In this document: positions 10,095 through 19,720 of the stretch, one piece after another
Position numbering within the stretch: position 1 is the stretch's first letter
How the letters are laid out: each line of letters opens with the position of its first letter
From: Candidatus Poribacteria bacterium
GTDB lineage: Bacteria > Poribacteria > WGA-4E > PCPOR2b
NCBI GenBank assembly: GCA_965198175.1
Contig: OZ240245.1
Location: 3,072,001-3,136,000, forward strand
Direction: 5' to 3'
DNA: 64,000 bases
The notes under the pieces: generated by a model
Seen by the model: the letters and a program-made list of their open reading frames with translations, nothing else
Database searches by the model: none
Told to the model about the DNA's origin: nothing
Position numbers and translations under genes: made by a program

Positions 10095-12059
10095 ATGGAC
10101 ATCGTTCGCGACTTATTCTTCAGGCGTCATCTATTTCGCGCCATGATTCTTCTAATCATCATACCCCAGGTTATCGGCGTGATAGGATGTACGAGGAATC
10201 AACAACGGAAGTTGGGACGGTGGAAGATTATTCGCCACGCCGATTGGGAGACGCGGTTCTATGATGTTTTTTTTATTGATGAGAAATCAGGGTGGGCTGT
10301 CGGCAATAACGAAGGTAATACAATTGATGAAGAATTCGATAGCGTAATCGCGCACACGATGGATGGCGGCGAAACGTGGAAACCGCAAACGAGTAAAACG
10401 CAGCATCCGTTACGCTCTGTTCAATTTGTTGACCGGCAGACAGGTTGGATTGCCGGTGAAAACGGGGTGATTTTACACACAAGCGATGGCGGGAAGACCT
10501 GGCAGGTTCAGGTGTCCAATACATTCAATAACCTTTTTGATCTCCACTTTTTCTCAGCGCACGAGGGCTGGGCGGTGGGCGACTTCGGAACCGCGCTGTA
10601 CACACGAAATGGCGGAAAAACGTGGGAGAATCAGGCGCAGGGGCTTGGCGAAAGCTCGCTGCGAGGGCTTCATTTTCTAGACTCTCAGCACGGGTGGACG
10701 GTAAGCTATGAAGGTCTGACATACCGTACCAACGATGGCGGGAAGTTTTGGAAATACCAAGAAACAGGAATCCGTTATAGGTTGTCTGATGTTTATTTTG
10801 TCAATCCCAGTAGAGGATGGATTATTGGCGACAGACGTACAATACTTGCAACAACGGATGGCGGGAAAACTTGGAAGTATCTCACACAAGGTTCAAACAG
10901 GCGACATGAAACGATCTATGGTCAAAGATTGAAGACAGGAGATGAACCCTTACACAACTACACGCTTTATGATTTCTGCTTTACTGATTCACAGCACGGC
11001 TGGATTGCCGGAGATTTAGGTGCGATCTTGCACACAAATGACGGAGGTAACAGATGGAACCATCAAAGAGGAGGTCCAACGCCCCATATTGGAGGTGATA
11101 GTGTTTTGTTCAGCGTCCATTTCGTCAATAACCAAACTGGATGGGCTGTCGGCGAATTTGGAACAATCCTCCACACGAAGAACGGAGGCAAAACGTGGAA
11201 ACTTCAGGCTTTACAAAGCTATTTCTTGGCGGACGTGCATTTTGTCACCGATAAGATTGGATATGGCGTTGGCGATCGCGGGGTAGTTCTTCACACAAGA
11301 GACGGTGGCAGACATTGGAATCCGCAAGACAGCCGGACGATGGAATGTTTTGGCTCAACCCATTTCATTGATGACCAGCTTGGATGGGCGGTTGCTGAGT
11401 GGGGAACAATCATTCATACCAGCGATGGCGGCAAAACATGGGCTCTACAGGAGGCAGGATCAACGAACGACCTTTTGGGAGTCTTTTTTATTGATGAACA
11501 AAAGGGCTGGGTTGTTGGGGAAAGCGGAGAAATTTTACACACTACAAACGGCGGTAAGAGATGGGAACGACAACAGAGCAGTGTCAATCGTCATCTCTTT
11601 GGTATTCACTTCGTCGATTCTCGGAATGGTTGGATAGTCGGTCAAGGCGGTGTTATCCTCCATACAAGAGATGGGGGAGAGCAATGGTCTTTGCAAACGA
11701 ATCTCGGTGAGGTATGGTTGCTAGGGGTCCATTTCACCAGTCAATTCAATGGGTGGGTTGTTGGCGTCGCCGGGTTGATTATGCACACTACAGATGGCGG
11801 CAACTCTTGGATGCGCCAAAAGACCTATGTTGAGGCTTCACTGAACGATGTTTTCTTTCTCAATTTTAAAGAAGGTTGGGCCGTTGGCGGAGAAGGAGTC
11901 ATCCTTCGCACGATTGACGGCGGGGCAAACTGGCGTCCGCAATGGAGCGAAACTCGCCATAATCTTAATTCGATCTACATGACTAGCGCTGAAGACGGCT
12001 GGATTGTTGGCGATCGGGGAGTAATTTTGAAATATGCCGTTGATAAGGTGAGCCGCTAG
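10095..12059 (+). CDS. YCF48-like BNR-repeat beta-propeller lipoprotein
   Basis: 13 [T]xDGGxxW Asp-box repeats of about 42 aa plus a final partial blade, consistent with two 7-bladed propellers; lipobox-like VIGC. Confidence 0.88.
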   Translation: MDIVRDLFFRRHLFRAMILLIIIPQVIGVIGCTRNQQRKLGRWKIIRHADWETRFYDVFFIDEKSGWAVGNNEGNTIDEEFDSVIAHTMDGGETWKPQTSKTQHPLRSVQFVDRQTGWIAGENGVILHTSDGGKTWQVQVSNTFNNLFDLHFFSAHEGWAVGDFGTALYTRNGGKTWENQAQGLGESSLRGLHFLDSQHGWTVSYEGLTYRTNDGGKFWKYQETGIRYRLSDVYFVNPSRGWIIGDRRTILATTDGGKTWKYLTQGSNRRHETIYGQRLKTGDEPLHNYTLYDFCFTDSQHGWIAGDLGAILHTNDGGNRWNHQRGGPTPHIGGDSVLFSVHFVNNQTGWAVGEFGTILHTKNGGKTWKLQALQSYFLADVHFVTDKIGYGVGDRGVVLHTRDGGRHWNPQDSRTMECFGSTHFIDDQLGWAVAEWGTIIHTSDGGKTWALQEAGSTNDLLGVFFIDEQKGWVVGESGEILHTTNGGKRWERQQSSVNRHLFGIHFVDSRNGWIVGQGGVILHTRDGGEQWSLQTNLGEVWLLGVHFTSQFNGWVVGVAGLIMHTTDGGNSWMRQKTYVEASLNDVFFLNFKEGWAVGGEGVILRTIDGGANWRPQWSETRHNLNSIYMTSAEDGWIVGDRGVILKYAVDKVSR

Positions 12060-12216
12060 CATACATTCTTCACAAAAGATCTCTTTCTAGTCCAATTCCC
12101 AAAAAAATTCAACAATTGCTCCGTGTCGAGGTAATATATTAACACCGTCAGCACCCCGACTAAGAGGCGGCAGTTGGAATGATTTTCTGGAAGGGTAAAG
12201 CGTAGGAGAATACCTA

Positions 12217-13020
12217 ATGATTGAGAGATGGATAAAGAAATTAGGTGATTCAGATTTGAGGGTCCGTGTTTACGCTGCGAGTGTCTTAAGCAGCGTGATT
12301 GATACCCCTGGAGCGAAAAACGCATTGATAAGGGAAGTCCCAGCATTGATACAGGCTCTGGATAGTCCGGATGAGAGCGTTCGTCTAAATGCGCTTATCA
12401 CCTTGAGCGAGATGGGTGAATTCGCTAAAGATGCAGTTCCCGCATTAACCGTGGCGTTAAGCGACAGGGACAAGGACATTTGCACGTATGCGGCAAGAAC
12501 ACTGAAAAATATAGGCAAACCGGCTAAACAAGCAGTTGCAGCCTTAATCAAGATTTTGGGTGATGGGGCTTCTGCGGTGCGCGTAAATGCTATAGGCGCG
12601 CTTGGTCAAATCGGCGATAGTGCTGCAGTTCCCGCGTTGGTGGCAGCATTGGGTGATGTGGATGAGGGAGTTCGTATGAATGCTGCCGATGCCTTGTACA
12701 AAATTGGCGACACTACCACAGTCTTCGCATTGATACAGGCATTAAGCGATTCGGATGAGCATGTCCGTATGAATGCGGCGGGTGCCTTGGGTAAGATTGG
12801 TGAGTCCGCCGCAGTTCCCGCATTGGCACAAGCACTGCAAGATGAGCATCATTGGGTGCGTTGGAATGCTGCCAATGCTCTAGGACAGATTGGTGACGCT
12901 ACCGCGGTTCCGGAATTGACGATCGCGTTGAGAGATACAGTTGATGAGGTTCGCAAAGGTGTGACTGAAGCCTTGTGTAAGATTGGAACACCTGAAGCGA
13001 ACGCAACATTACCAGATTAA
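12217..13020 (+). CDS. HEAT (PBS-lyase-like) repeat protein
   Basis: About 8 repeats of AVPALxxALxDxDExVRxNAAxALGxIG. Confidence 0.92.
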   Translation: MIERWIKKLGDSDLRVRVYAASVLSSVIDTPGAKNALIREVPALIQALDSPDESVRLNALITLSEMGEFAKDAVPALTVALSDRDKDICTYAARTLKNIGKPAKQAVAALIKILGDGASAVRVNAIGALGQIGDSAAVPALVAALGDVDEGVRMNAADALYKIGDTTTVFALIQALSDSDEHVRMNAAGALGKIGESAAVPALAQALQDEHHWVRWNAANALGQIGDATAVPELTIALRDTVDEVRKGVTEALCKIGTPEANATLPD

Positions 13021-13091
13021 TGAGATGTAGAACCCTGTAATTTACGGGGGATTAGGTCACATACCAATTTTGCAGCATAGCACTGGTGATA

Positions 13092-16000
13092 CTATTTAAT
13101 CACTGCAATCTTCCCAATCTTTTTCAGATTCTCAAATTCCATTGCGTAGATATAAAGCCCGGTTGTTACTTCTGAGTGTCCATCACTCAAAAGAAACCAC
13201 TCCTTTCGTCCACGATCCCTTTCTGTTACCGTCAATTTTTCGAGCAAATCTCCGTTTACGTTATAAATCCCAATCTCTGTCCCCGTAGGGACGCGATCAA
13301 ATGTGACCGTGTTCTTATGAAACTCGTTCGGATGAATGGGATTCGGATACACAATCGCACGTGTGAAATCATTTAGGTTGGTAAGATCGGCTTCGAGTGG
13401 AATCTCAATCGCCCGCGTTATTGCTCGCAAATCAATTCGGTTCCGATCGATGTCCTGCACCTCCCCGTCGACGGAAATCTCATAGGTGCGTCCGGGGATT
13501 AGGTCCTCATCTCGAAATGTAAGGATGGTTCGCCTCCCCATTCGATCCCTGATGGCAGAGAGCGGACGAACGCCGACCAGTTCGTCCGGCTCGCGCAACT
13601 GATAGCGATTTTCATTACCAGCCGACGGTCCCATTCGTTTATCAAAAACAACCACCACCTGATTCAATTGAATATATTTAGCGTCAATCAGCTTCGGGGA
13701 AGTGCGGGGCGTAACTGAAACTGCCTCAGTCCAATCTGTTTCAACTCCCGCTTCATTCGTCGCCGCGACCGCGTACCAATAGGTTGTGTCCTTCGTTACT
13801 TTTCGATCGAGAAAACCGGGGCGATCCAAATCTTGGCCAATCGCTGTAAACGCAGAGGACGGAGGCGAGGTTGAATCTTGTGCTGTTGATGTGCCGACTG
13901 CCCGATACACAGTGAAGCGCTCGGCGTCCCCTGGTGCTTGCCAATCCACTCGGACCACGCGTTCAGTAAGCGGATTAGCTGATAAACCCCACGGCTGAAT
14001 ATCAACTACGGCGTTTGGATTGCCAGCGCGCACATGCTCAAACACTAATAGATTTTCTTGATTGTTGAAATAAAACTCACTGAATCCGTTGTGATTTAGG
14101 TCAGCGAGAAAGAGACAGGGTGTTTCTCCAGCGTTGTGGTGCCAGATTGGGGTTAATGTGAGAACCGCCCTGCTCTCATTTGCGGGGAGAGGACGAGCTC
14201 CCTTTCCTGTTTCCGTAGTAGATTGAGAGCGGAGTTTGAGCACATAGATGCTCGGATTCGCTACAAGCACCATCTCATTCTCCGAATCTCCGTCAACATC
14301 GCCGATGGCAATGCTGTTTCCCTTAAAGTAGAACGGAGCAATTTCCTGTGAGGCTATCGATTTGTAGAGTGAAGTGCCATTTTGACTTGATGTTGATAAG
14401 ATATTAACAGGAGGGAACGCGGTAAAAACACGGAAATCCCAGTTTAATGGCACCGAAGGAAGATCCCCCTGCGATACGGCTCCACCGACGACGAACTCAG
14501 GAATCTTGTCGCCGGTAAGATCGCCTGCCGCAAGCAGATGTGCATCCTTGACATCTATCTTATCTCTCCACGTTTCAACCAGCAGGTCATTCCCCACGGA
14601 TTCGTAGACAAATAACTCGCCTTCGCTGTCCCCCACCATCAATTCCATGCTGCCATTGTTATTGAAATCGCCAATAGCAAACCGCTCCCCAAAAGCATTC
14701 GTTCCACTAGTCATGTTCTCAATGCTGATAACTTCTTCATAGGCGTCGTTTCCGCGATTTTCAAAGATGAGAATCCGATTGTTGTTGTTGTCGGGTCCAA
14801 TTATCTCTTTTCGTCCATCGCCATCAAGGTCTGCAATCTGTCCTGACGAGATAAAAGAGGATTCCCAGATTATCTTTTCCGGATAACCATTGCGTTTTGT
14901 ACTCTCAATCAGGAATGTACCTTCCTTTGTGCTGCTCAAAATTTCCAAAAGTCCATCTCCATCGGTATCACCAACCTCCCATGGTTTGAAATTGATACTG
15001 CTGGTATGTTGAAGTTGATATGCACTTGGTGAAGATCGCTCGTAGATTTCAACCCCGGTAAGGGTTTGATCGCTCAAACTCTCCAATGGAATTCCGATGA
15101 TTTCAAATTGACCATCCCGATCGAAATCCGCTGGGATGGAAGCAAGGTGCATCGCAGAAAGATTGGAAGACGTTTGGATGAAGCCATTCGGTGAAATAGT
15201 TCCCCCAATGACTCCGGTGCTGTAGAATTTCCCATTATTGTTGTCAACAGTCTCTAGTCCTGCGGGGTTGCGTGAGGTGATGAAGAAGTCATAACTCCCC
15301 GCACTGAGCGGGATTGAAAAGAAATGTTCCCTGCTTGCCGAGTTTTCCTCAATCGGTGAGAACGGAGCGAGTCCTTGACGTGCCCGCTGGCTCAATGTGT
15401 TGATTGTAAAGTCATCCGTCGACCAAGTGACGACCGTGACAAAACTGTCCCTAGAAACCAACTCTCGCACTTTCACATTCTGAACTTGAGGGGCAGTCCG
15501 GTCCACGGACAAGACAACTTCATCGCGCGCAGTTTTCTCATCGCTCCCAACAACTTCGAGGCGAACAGTATATATGCCTTCTGGCACTGAGGCAGTATTC
15601 CACTCGAGTAACCTTTCGCCCGACTTTTGCTGACGGCTTGGTGTATTGATGGGAATGAATGTTTCCGGAGTCCTTGATTCTCCATACATCAACTGCCATG
15701 TCGAAAACCGAAATCCGGCGGCAGTCCCAATAATCTCGATTCTATCCGATCCACCACTGTTAGTCTCCGGCGAAAAAATTCGTCCCTGTAGCGAACCACT
15801 TGCCATCAACGCCCGCTCTGCATTCAGATGTCCGGTACCAACGAGCTCCGGGCTTTCCGTGATCGAATCAGTTGTGGCGATGAGGATGTTGCGAACTTCC
15901 TCATGCGTCAGACTTGGACGCTTCGACATAACCAATGCAGCTACTCCGCACACATGTGGTGTAGCCATCGATGTGCCGGTGAGGAGACGGTATTTATTGT

Positions 16001-17282
16001 TTATCTGGGTACTTAATATAACGTTACCTGGCGCACCGATATCAATGGACGCACCAAAATTGGATTGATAAAACCTCCTTTTGTTCTGGTCGGTTGCGGC
16101 GACAGCAATCACTTTGCGATAGCCTGCCGGGAAAATCACCTGATTTTGAAAGTCATTTCCCGCTGCAGCAACAAGAAGCACACCTCGTGCGTAGGCATAA
16201 TCAATTACATCCCGAATTACAAACGAACTTGAAGTGCTACCCCAGCTCATGTTGATAATCCTGGCGCCGTTATCAACAGCGTAGACAATTGCCGCCGAAG
16301 AATCATCGTCCTGCAGACTTGAGGCTCCTCCGATAGAGTGTCCGGTACGAACAGCCATCAACTTACAATTCCAAGCCACGCCGGCGATACCAATCCCGTT
16401 GTCTACTGACGCGCCGGCAATGCCGGCGACGTGTGTGCCGTGTCCTGATTCATCAATCGGGTCGTTATCGCCTTCCACGAAATCACCTTCAGCCGCTACG
16501 TTCGGCGCATCAGTAAAATCCCATCCTCGTACATCGTCAATGTAGCCGTTGTTATCGTCGTCCAAGCCATTTTCGGTAATTTCGTCAAGATTGACCCAAA
16601 TTTGCGAGGCAAGATCCTCGTGTTGATAATCAATACCAGAGTCCACCACTGCAATGATTATACTCGGATCGCCCTTCTCGATTAACCACGCCTCGGGCAT
16701 ATTGATGAGCAGAAGATTCCACTGGTCGTCAATCTGCGGATCGCTTGGAAGAGGTACGGATTCTTGTGTTGGTCGGAGATAGTTGAATGCAACCGCCTCA
16801 ATCAGCGGAGATGCGGCATACGCAGTTTTTAACGTAAGTAGATTTGCCGAAACTGGAAAACGCAAAAGATAAACACGTTCAAGATTGGGATTAAATTCCG
16901 GATAAGCAATATAAGGAAATACCCGGTGAAAGGACTGGACTCCCATCTGATTGTGGAGTTTATGTATTGGCGCTTTGGCGTGCAGCAGGTCTGCTTCCCT
17001 CTGCGCTTCAGGTGTCACGCGAATTAGGAGTTCCCCAGGCGTGATTCCCGGATTATGCTCAGTCGGAAATGGGGATTCACGTTGTGCGCCGACAGCCGCT
17101 GGGATGGGTTGGAAAAAAATAAAAATTCCCACAAAGAACATTAACGCGAGGGATTTCCACACAGAATCCGGTAACGTGTTAACGAGGAAGGTACGTTGAC
17201 GATTCAACTTAAATTCCCCCTGTGATGTTGTTAATCTCATCGCCGCGCGCTTATGATTTAAATCCATAGTATGAGATGACAT
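13092..17282 (-). CDS. Secreted S8 subtilisin-family protease with FG-GAP repeats, FN3/Ig domains and a T9SS-like C-terminal domain
   Basis: Catalytic motifs VVDSG, HGTHVAG, GTSMATPH; repeats DFDRDGQFEI, DTDGDGLLEI, DLDGDGRKEI; C-terminal VYPNP...IYNVNG...GLYIY...KIAVIK. True start is probably downstream of 17282. Confidence 0.92.
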   Translation of the reverse strand: MSSHTMDLNHKRAAMRLTTSQGEFKLNRQRTFLVNTLPDSVWKSLALMFFVGIFIFFQPIPAAVGAQRESPFPTEHNPGITPGELLIRVTPEAQREADLLHAKAPIHKLHNQMGVQSFHRVFPYIAYPEFNPNLERVYLLRFPVSANLLTLKTAYAASPLIEAVAFNYLRPTQESVPLPSDPQIDDQWNLLLINMPEAWLIEKGDPSIIIAVVDSGIDYQHEDLASQIWVNLDEITENGLDDDNNGYIDDVRGWDFTDAPNVAAEGDFVEGDNDPIDESGHGTHVAGIAGASVDNGIGIAGVAWNCKLMAVRTGHSIGGASSLQDDDSSAAIVYAVDNGARIINMSWGSTSSSFVIRDVIDYAYARGVLLVAAAGNDFQNQVIFPAGYRKVIAVAATDQNKRRFYQSNFGASIDIGAPGNVILSTQINNKYRLLTGTSMATPHVCGVAALVMSKRPSLTHEEVRNILIATTDSITESPELVGTGHLNAERALMASGSLQGRIFSPETNSGGSDRIEIIGTAAGFRFSTWQLMYGESRTPETFIPINTPSRQQKSGERLLEWNTASVPEGIYTVRLEVVGSDEKTARDEVVLSVDRTAPQVQNVKVRELVSRDSFVTVVTWSTDDFTINTLSQRARQGLAPFSPIEENSASREHFFSIPLSAGSYDFFITSRNPAGLETVDNNNGKFYSTGVIGGTISPNGFIQTSSNLSAMHLASIPADFDRDGQFEIIGIPLESLSDQTLTGVEIYERSSPSAYQLQHTSSINFKPWEVGDTDGDGLLEILSSTKEGTFLIESTKRNGYPEKIIWESSFISSGQIADLDGDGRKEIIGPDNNNNRILIFENRGNDAYEEVISIENMTSGTNAFGERFAIGDFNNNGSMELMVGDSEGELFVYESVGNDLLVETWRDKIDVKDAHLLAAGDLTGDKIPEFVVGGAVSQGDLPSVPLNWDFRVFTAFPPVNILSTSSQNGTSLYKSIASQEIAPFYFKGNSIAIGDVDGDSENEMVLVANPSIYVLKLRSQSTTETGKGARPLPANESRAVLTLTPIWHHNAGETPCLFLADLNHNGFSEFYFNNQENLLVFEHVRAGNPNAVVDIQPWGLSANPLTERVVRVDWQAPGDAERFTVYRAVGTSTAQDSTSPPSSAFTAIGQDLDRPGFLDRKVTKDTTYWYAVAATNEAGVETDWTEAVSVTPRTSPKLIDAKYIQLNQVVVVFDKRMGPSAGNENRYQLREPDELVGVRPLSAIRDRMGRRTILTFRDEDLIPGRTYEISVDGEVQDIDRNRIDLRAITRAIEIPLEADLTNLNDFTRAIVYPNPIHPNEFHKNTVTFDRVPTGTEIGIYNVNGDLLEKLTVTERDRGRKEWFLLSDGHSEVTTGLYIYAMEFENLKKIGKIAVIK

Positions 17283-17318
17283 TCTGCGTTACACATTGGA
17301 GACTAACTCTGCAAAGAT

Positions 17319-18182
17319 TTAGTCTATCCCAATCAGCATGTCCGCGACAGACAGAGCCATGAGCACCAAACTCACTATCCCATTCAGAGTGAAGAACGCG
17401 AGGTTTACTCGTGAGAGATTGGTGGGGCTGACGATTGCATGTTCATAGATTAGAAGAATCGTTACGATACCAACGCCAATCAGGTAGAGAACGCCAAGAT
17501 TCGTTAGCAACGTCACACCAATGAGTGCTACAACCATCATAACATGCAGTGTAGTGGATAACTGCAAAGCACGCTCTTTTCCGAAACATGCGGGAATTGA
17601 GAACAGTCCATACGTACGATCAAACTCAAAATCTTGACAAGCATAGATAATGTCAAATCCGCCAATCCAAAGTAGTACTGCCAAACCGAGCAACATCGGC
17701 GGCCAATCAAGTTCTCCTTTGATGGCAATCCATGTGCCAATCGGGGCGATGGAGATTGATAGTCCGAGCCAGAAATGAGAGAGAAAAGTCCACCGTTTTG
17801 AGTAGGAATACCCCGCGATCACTGCGAGTGCGACTGGTGAAAGCGCAAATGCGAGCGGATTGAGTTTGTACGCAGCGAATACTAACAAGGCGGCAGAAAC
17901 GACAGTAAATACCCACACCGCCCGTTTCGTAATCCTTCCAGCAGGGATAGCTCGTGCGGCTGTCCGCGGATTGACCTCATCGAGGTCAGCATCAGCGAGG
18001 CGGTTGAACGCCATTGCGCAACTTCTCGCCCCGACCATTGCGAGGAGTATCCAACCGATTTTGCCTAACGCAGGGAAACCGTCCGATGCAATGAACGCAC
18101 TCATAATCGCAAACGGAAGCGCGAAGATTGTGTGTTCAAACTTAATCATGTCGAGGATGATTTTGATTTTTCGAAAGACCAC
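17319..18182 (-). CDS. mqnP: UbiA-like polyprenyltransferase (MqnP type)
   Basis: IKFEHTIFALPFA, AMAFNRLADADLD, NPRTAARAIPAG, FDIIYACQD. Confidence 0.88.
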   Translation of the reverse strand: MVFRKIKIILDMIKFEHTIFALPFAIMSAFIASDGFPALGKIGWILLAMVGARSCAMAFNRLADADLDEVNPRTAARAIPAGRITKRAVWVFTVVSAALLVFAAYKLNPLAFALSPVALAVIAGYSYSKRWTFLSHFWLGLSISIAPIGTWIAIKGELDWPPMLLGLAVLLWIGGFDIIYACQDFEFDRTYGLFSIPACFGKERALQLSTTLHVMMVVALIGVTLLTNLGVLYLIGVGIVTILLIYEHAIVSPTNLSRVNLAFFTLNGIVSLVLMALSVADMLIGID

Positions 18183-18800
18183 TCACTTTTCCTCAGCGCA
18201 AAAAATCGACTCTTCCTTCCATCGCTTAATCAGCTTGGTATCAATATCGAATTGATCCAGCAGTTTTGTGACCACGAAGTTGATTTGGTCGTCGACAGTC
18301 TTGGGAAAGTGGTAGAAACCTGGCATGGCGGGCAGTATACATACCCCGAGTCGTGAGAGCTTCAACATATTTTCGAGATGGATGGAACTGAGCGGTGTGT
18401 CGCGAGGGACAAGCACTAGCTTGCGTCGCTCCTTAATACAGACATCGGCAGCGCGATGAATGAGGTTACGAGAAATTCCAGCAGCGATTGACCCCATTGT
18501 TCCCATACTGCACGGCGCGATTATCATGCCTTCCGTGCGAAAAGAACCGCTCGCAATCGGAGCCGCAATGTCGGATTCGTGGTGATAAACAACTCGATCC
18601 GAGCCGCAATCTAGCAGCGATTCGAGACCAAAATTGTTCAAATCCACACGGATTTGTAGTTCCTCCCACAGTGCCCTTGCACCCGAACTAGAAATTGTCA
18701 AATGAATCTTATACTCCTTGTGCTGCATAAGGATTTTCAGTAACCGTATCCCGTAAACGACGCCGCTAGCGCCCGTAATTCCAACAATCAGACGTTTCAA
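18183..18800 (-). CDS. ubiX: Flavin prenyltransferase
   Basis: VGITGASG, APIASGS, APCSMGT, RAADVCIKERR, PAMPGFY; abuts mqnP. Confidence 0.95.
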   Translation of the reverse strand: MKRLIVGITGASGVVYGIRLLKILMQHKEYKIHLTISSSGARALWEELQIRVDLNNFGLESLLDCGSDRVVYHHESDIAAPIASGSFRTEGMIIAPCSMGTMGSIAAGISRNLIHRAADVCIKERRKLVLVPRDTPLSSIHLENMLKLSRLGVCILPAMPGFYHFPKTVDDQINFVVTKLLDQFDIDTKLIKRWKEESIFCAEEK

Positions 18801-19011
18801 TGGATTCTCCCTTCTGCGGAATTTCGAATCAGTGAAACATACCGTTCAATAGTCAATTTTCTTTCATGTAAAGCAGAGTAAGCGACTTTTCCAAATCCGC
18901 TCGGCAGTGCACCTGTCTCTAACTAGCCGCCGTTATACGCTAGAATGAGGCGTAGAAACTGATTCCACTGGAAGTTGAATCGGGCTTTAAGGAGTGGGAA
19001 TATATCATCCA

Positions 19012-19638
19012 CTAGAGCAGGGACGGTAGTACGCAGATGATTTTTGACTGCAAAGCTTTTGCTAATTTGTGCGTCGAATCGGAAAGCGTTTCCCGCAAAT
19101 AACGAACCTCATTGGCTGTGCCTCGAAGTGGAGGATGCGCATCCGATGAAGAGATTTTTAAATTGACAAAAGTAGGACCTTTTTCATCCAAAATCAGTGG
19201 AAGAGTGCTATCCAGTAGGGAAAGTTGGTCGAACCGATGAATCTTCTCAAATCCCGATCCTCGGGCAACTGTGGCGAAACTAAAGTTTGTACCCCCAGGT
19301 ATCGCTTGATTGCCTGTCACCTCGTACGAATTGTTTTCACACACGAAAAGGTAGTAGTTGTGCGGTAGACTAGTCAATCCCGTAGCCGTTGCAAGAGTGC
19401 CTAAGCTCATCAGCATGCTTCCGTCCCCATTAAGTACCAACACTTTTTTGTCTGGTCTTGCTAGTGCAATCCCTAATGCGAAATCGGCAGCATGTCCCAT
19501 CGCACTACCAACAGAAGCAAAGTCCAGAGTATGATCAGAAATTTTTCCCCACGGGACCACCGATCCCATTGTTGTAATGACGATTTCATCTGTTCTGTGT
19601 TTGGCGATGATTTTCAGGCATTCCTGTTTGTTAAGCAT
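19012..19638 (-). CDS. TPP-binding decarboxylase beta subunit (ComE / phosphonopyruvate decarboxylase-like)
   Basis: SAMGHAADFALGIALARP and the TPP motif GDGSMLM...ENNSY; only the C-terminal TPP domain is present. Confidence 0.85.
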   Translation of the reverse strand: MLNKQECLKIIAKHRTDEIVITTMGSVVPWGKISDHTLDFASVGSAMGHAADFALGIALARPDKKVLVLNGDGSMLMSLGTLATATGLTSLPHNYYLFVCENNSYEVTGNQAIPGGTNFSFATVARGSGFEKIHRFDQLSLLDSTLPLILDEKGPTFVNLKISSSDAHPPLRGTANEVRYLRETLSDSTHKLAKALQSKIICVLPSLL

Positions 19639-19720
19639 AGTCAGCCCCTTGGAATTGATGGTCAGAAGGCTGAAGTCCAGTTTTCAATCTTCAATTTCAC
19701 TCACCTCTCCATCGCTTGCT

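Noticed and set aside
10095..12059. YCF48 similarity as evidence of photosynthesis, or its repeats as a CRISPR array
   Set aside because: Generic BNR beta-propeller; the repeats are degenerate, in-frame and coding.
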